A DNA stretch of 63,002 bases, counting the filler, from Globobulimina sp. (taxonomy: Eukaryota): assembly GCA_003354225.1 (NCBI GenBank). It is 37 parts of 37 records of this genome, joined end to end, with 100 filler letters (N's around TTAATTAATTAA, not from the genome) between each part and the next. Parts side by side here need not be neighbours in the genome. Positions count along the whole stretch, not along the records: positions 59,695 to 61,298 come from PIVH01014222.1; positions 61,399 to 63,002 come from PIVH01014223.1; 35 more parts are not named here. One strand, 5' to 3'. The notes under the pieces were generated by a model. The model was not told the origin of the DNA and ran no database searches. It saw only the letters and a program-made list of their open reading frames with translations. The translations under genes were made by a program, and so were the position numbers. Of the stretch, positions 60,089 to 63,002 are shown piece by piece. Position 1 is the stretch's first letter; each line of letters starts with the position of its first letter.

Positions 60089-61298
60089 TCATTGCTTATT
60101 TATATGAGACAATTTCTTATATTCAGCAGGTAATAAAGTCACGGTCCTAAACCAACTTTGAATCATCAATTTATCCTCAAACACTTCATACACTCTATAC
60201 TTCTCATTGCCATATAAAACCACATCCCCTTTCTTATAACGGCCCTCTTTCTCTTTCCTCCCTTTCTCGACCTCAACACTTTTCACTTTCTTCTTCTTCT
60301 TCTTCTCGACCACACCGCCCGGTTGTTGCAAATATATCATATGCTTCACATCGCCATATTTCATGGTCGGAGCCGATAAATTCGACTTATACGACGCATG
60401 CGACACAATCGCAGATAGTTCAGATTTATCCGTGCAATCACTTGCCACCGCAATCGAACCACTAGACATCGTATGATCCGATTCGCCATAAATCTCTCTC
60501 TCATCCATATGCAACACCATATCCTCAATGCTGGCCTCGCCATTTTTATATCCATATTTCGGTCCTTGCGGTACATTCCTCATCGCTTTCTCCACAGTCA
60601 GCCGTTGACCGGGAGGCAACGACTGCACTCTCATATATTCCGCACCAAATTCCGCCAACACCAACCTACAGAAATTCGTACAATGTTTGGCATTCCGCAC
60701 ATGCGATGGGTAAAAATGTTCCAATGCAGTTTTGATGCTCATCGCACATTTCTTCTCCTTACAATCGATTAAATATCCCCTCGCCTTAACATATATGTTA
60801 ATACGTACAAAAAATATAAATCATAGAATGATATACACCCAAACCTTAAAACTTTGATCCAATTCAATGACTCGTTCACGAATACGGACATATCCAATCT
60901 CAAAACCCCGCTCCGTCGCGATCTGCATTGCGAGTTTTATCCCGCCGTCCAACACAGAGTCATACTGTTTAGTTTTGCGTAATAAAAAGGCGACGTAGGT
61001 GGTGTCCGCGGGTGCGGTGGGAATGCACCACCAATTGGTGTAGCCCTCCTGTATGGCCTTCAAATAGCGGTCCAATAAGATCTGCATAGGTTCATTCTGC
61101 AAGGCTGCATTATGCACATTCAGTATTTGCGCATTTAAGTGTTGCTGTAATTGCATCCCGCCTTGATATTGAGAGGAATGACTGTGTGGTTTGAAGGAAT
61201 GCGACAATAATCCGGCAACCGCGCCAGGTCGAGGCGGTGATTTGAGTGTTTGGGGCGGTTTTGTGGGGGCTTTGCGTGTATTGGTGGCCTTTTGCGAA
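60089..61298 (-). CDS. Hypothetical protein; intron 60785-60844; 5' truncated
   Basis: aag|gtttgg...ttaag|gcg joins the two ORFs in frame (QSFK|ARGYLID). Confidence 0.7.
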
Positions 61299-61671
61299 NN
61301 NNNNNNNNNNNNNNNNNNNNNNNNNNNNNNNNNNNNNNNNNNTTAATTAATTAANNNNNNNNNNNNNNNNNNNNNNNNNNNNNNNNNNNNNNNNNNNNCG
61401 TTTGTTTAAATTGCTGTAATGACCCATTATTATATTAAATTAATTTATCATTCTATCATCTTACACCTTGCACCTTTTTATAATCACAAATTATAACGTA
61501 GAATTTATTGAAAAGTATGATAGTAATTGCAATTTGTAATATTCCGGTGAATATACACAATATGCAAGCTACGACCAGATCAACATCTAATGTCATTGGA
61601 ACACGAAATATAAAATATTACTATTTACAACTAAGTTTGAAAAAACACTTAAAACAGTTAACTTCAGAACA

Positions 61672-62502
61672 ATGGCTGCTAATACTGATGCTTTCGGGAT
61701 CAACATTAAAATCAATGAAGTTGAAATAATTACATTAGAAACGTTATGTAATTCATCAACGTTTGTGAGTGATTTGAAAAAAATAATATCCAAAGAAAGG
61801 AATGTATCAAATTGGCAAACCATTGACTTACAGTGTAATGGTTTTACGATGGATAACAACCAAACATTATCTGAATATGATGTAATCTGTGAGAAACATT
61901 TGATATTTTTTCAAATTTCAGACATCAAACCGTTCGAAATTCAGATCGAAGGAGAAACATCGCCAATCCTTGAAAATAAACCAGCAAACAAACAATATAT
62001 AGATATCGATAATGATTATAATAAAACGGAACAACACAAAGTGACTCGAATTACGTTGATATGTGTTTCAATCTTCTTTGTTTGTTCAATTATTAGTCAT
62101 TCCATAGGTTTATATGCATATTCTACATTAAAAAATACATTAAATGAGTCGGATGATGCTGCAGCTGGCATTGATCTGGTAATTGGAGGATTATCACTTG
62201 ATTTGTCGATTTGTGTATTATTTTTATGTTGGTTTTGTTGTTTACAATGTGATGAGAATAGAGAGATGGAACAAGGAGACGCAGTGTGTTGTTGTTTATT
62301 GGTCATAGCATTGATACTGGCAACAATGTTTTCAAGTATGTTCCTATTCGGAGGTGAATTGGACGCGCAACTGAATATAGATAATGATTCGTTTGAAGAG
62401 ACATGGAATCGATTAAAACCACTCTGTTATTTCAGTTATTCATGGATATTGTCCCAATGGCTAGCTGTTTGTTGTCTGGTTGGTACAATTCTACCTCCGT
62501 AG
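61672..62502 (+). CDS. Ubiquitin-like domain plus multi-TM Cys-rich membrane protein
   Basis: VSDLKKIIS...LQCNGFTMDNNQTLSEYDV followed by 3-4 hydrophobic helices. Confidence 0.75.
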   Translation: MAANTDAFGINIKINEVEIITLETLCNSSTFVSDLKKIISKERNVSNWQTIDLQCNGFTMDNNQTLSEYDVICEKHLIFFQISDIKPFEIQIEGETSPILENKPANKQYIDIDNDYNKTEQHKVTRITLICVSIFFVCSIISHSIGLYAYSTLKNTLNESDDAAAGIDLVIGGLSLDLSICVLFLCWFCCLQCDENREMEQGDAVCCCLLVIALILATMFSSMFLFGGELDAQLNIDNDSFEETWNRLKPLCYFSYSWILSQWLAVCCLVGTILPP

Positions 62503-63002
62503 CTAATGAAACTTGGCAGCTGTTGGTTTGCTGTTTATCAATTTTTTTCTTGACTGAATGTATGAATTTAAAACCTGTAGAATGTTTAACTTGCTTGAAA
62601 ACGGCAAACTGTTTTCAGCTTTTTTTTGACTGTACTTTCAGCAGAAACATAATCGAAACACCACACAAACATTTTATTTTTTAAGGTTTCATTCCTATTT
62701 CAAACTTTCAAAGTCAATCTATAACTAAGTAAGAAGCCACAAAATGGGTTCATTAAATTCAATATTACCACACTGTTGCGACCCGCCATCAAATCTTATC
62801 AAAAATGATACCGACTGTGATGTACTACAAAACAGAATACATATAAACAGAAACCGTGTACAAATCGAAAACCAAAATGAAAAACTAATTCGCCAATTAA
62901 CCAACACAGTGAAGGATCAAAAGGTCGAGATTACAACTTTAAAAAATCAGTTAATTGCATTGAAATTATATTATTAAAATGACACAATGCATGACACAAT
63001 AC

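Noticed and set aside
1608-61398. Regularly spaced TTAATTAATTAA repeat (CRISPR-like or chromosome-breakage signal), and ORFs ending XXX...LIN
   Set aside because: It is a synthetic linker embedded in N runs between length-sorted contigs.
288-62907. Many 60-190 aa ORFs antisense to or overlapping recognised genes
   Set aside because: Shadow ORFs with no motifs, explained by the coding strand.
1-63002. Gene clusters across neighbouring segments, e.g. the two sulfotransferases at 10946-12503 or the two USP genes at 51172-53291
   Set aside because: They lie on different contigs; the order reflects length sorting only.

Overview
This window is not one locus. It is 37 unrelated contigs of 1607-1604 bp, sorted by decreasing length and joined by an artificial 100-nt linker (N44-TTAATTAATTAA-N44), so adjacency across a linker means nothing. 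Most contigs come from an AT-rich, gene-dense eukaryote that uses the standard code and has short (about 45-80 nt) GT-AG introns. IFT172 implies a ciliated stage. The gene-family style resembles a foraminiferan or other rhizarian protist, but that is inference, and a mixed single-cell or metagenomic source is possible. Recognisable genes include purple acid phosphatase, an amino-acid transporter, ARF GTPase, IFT172, ASCC2, TRMT112, a NIPA-type transporter, GH3 xylosidases, a carboxylesterase, sulfotransferases, SDR, HAD, LRR, C2H2 and USP proteins. Most notable: (1) a Polinton/Maverick-type protein-primed DNA polymerase B gene that the ORF track shows only as fragments, because it is split by 7 short spliceosomal introns and is fully open once spliced (32417-34021); (2) an intronless giant-virus-like contig with a compact USP, a GC hairpin, an iteron-like 31-bp array and a Zn-finger gene (52877-54481); (3) a ubiquitin-like domain ending in GG fused to a putative toxin-like domain (24230-25119); (4) a CRE-like RLE retrotransposon; (5) three MITE families and two long foldbacks, with one MITE supplying the nearest in-frame ATG of a carboxylesterase; (6) a spliced-looking but apparently non-coding locus with twin introns; (7) frequent GTTA splice donors. 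All assignments come from reading motifs by eye; no searches were run.
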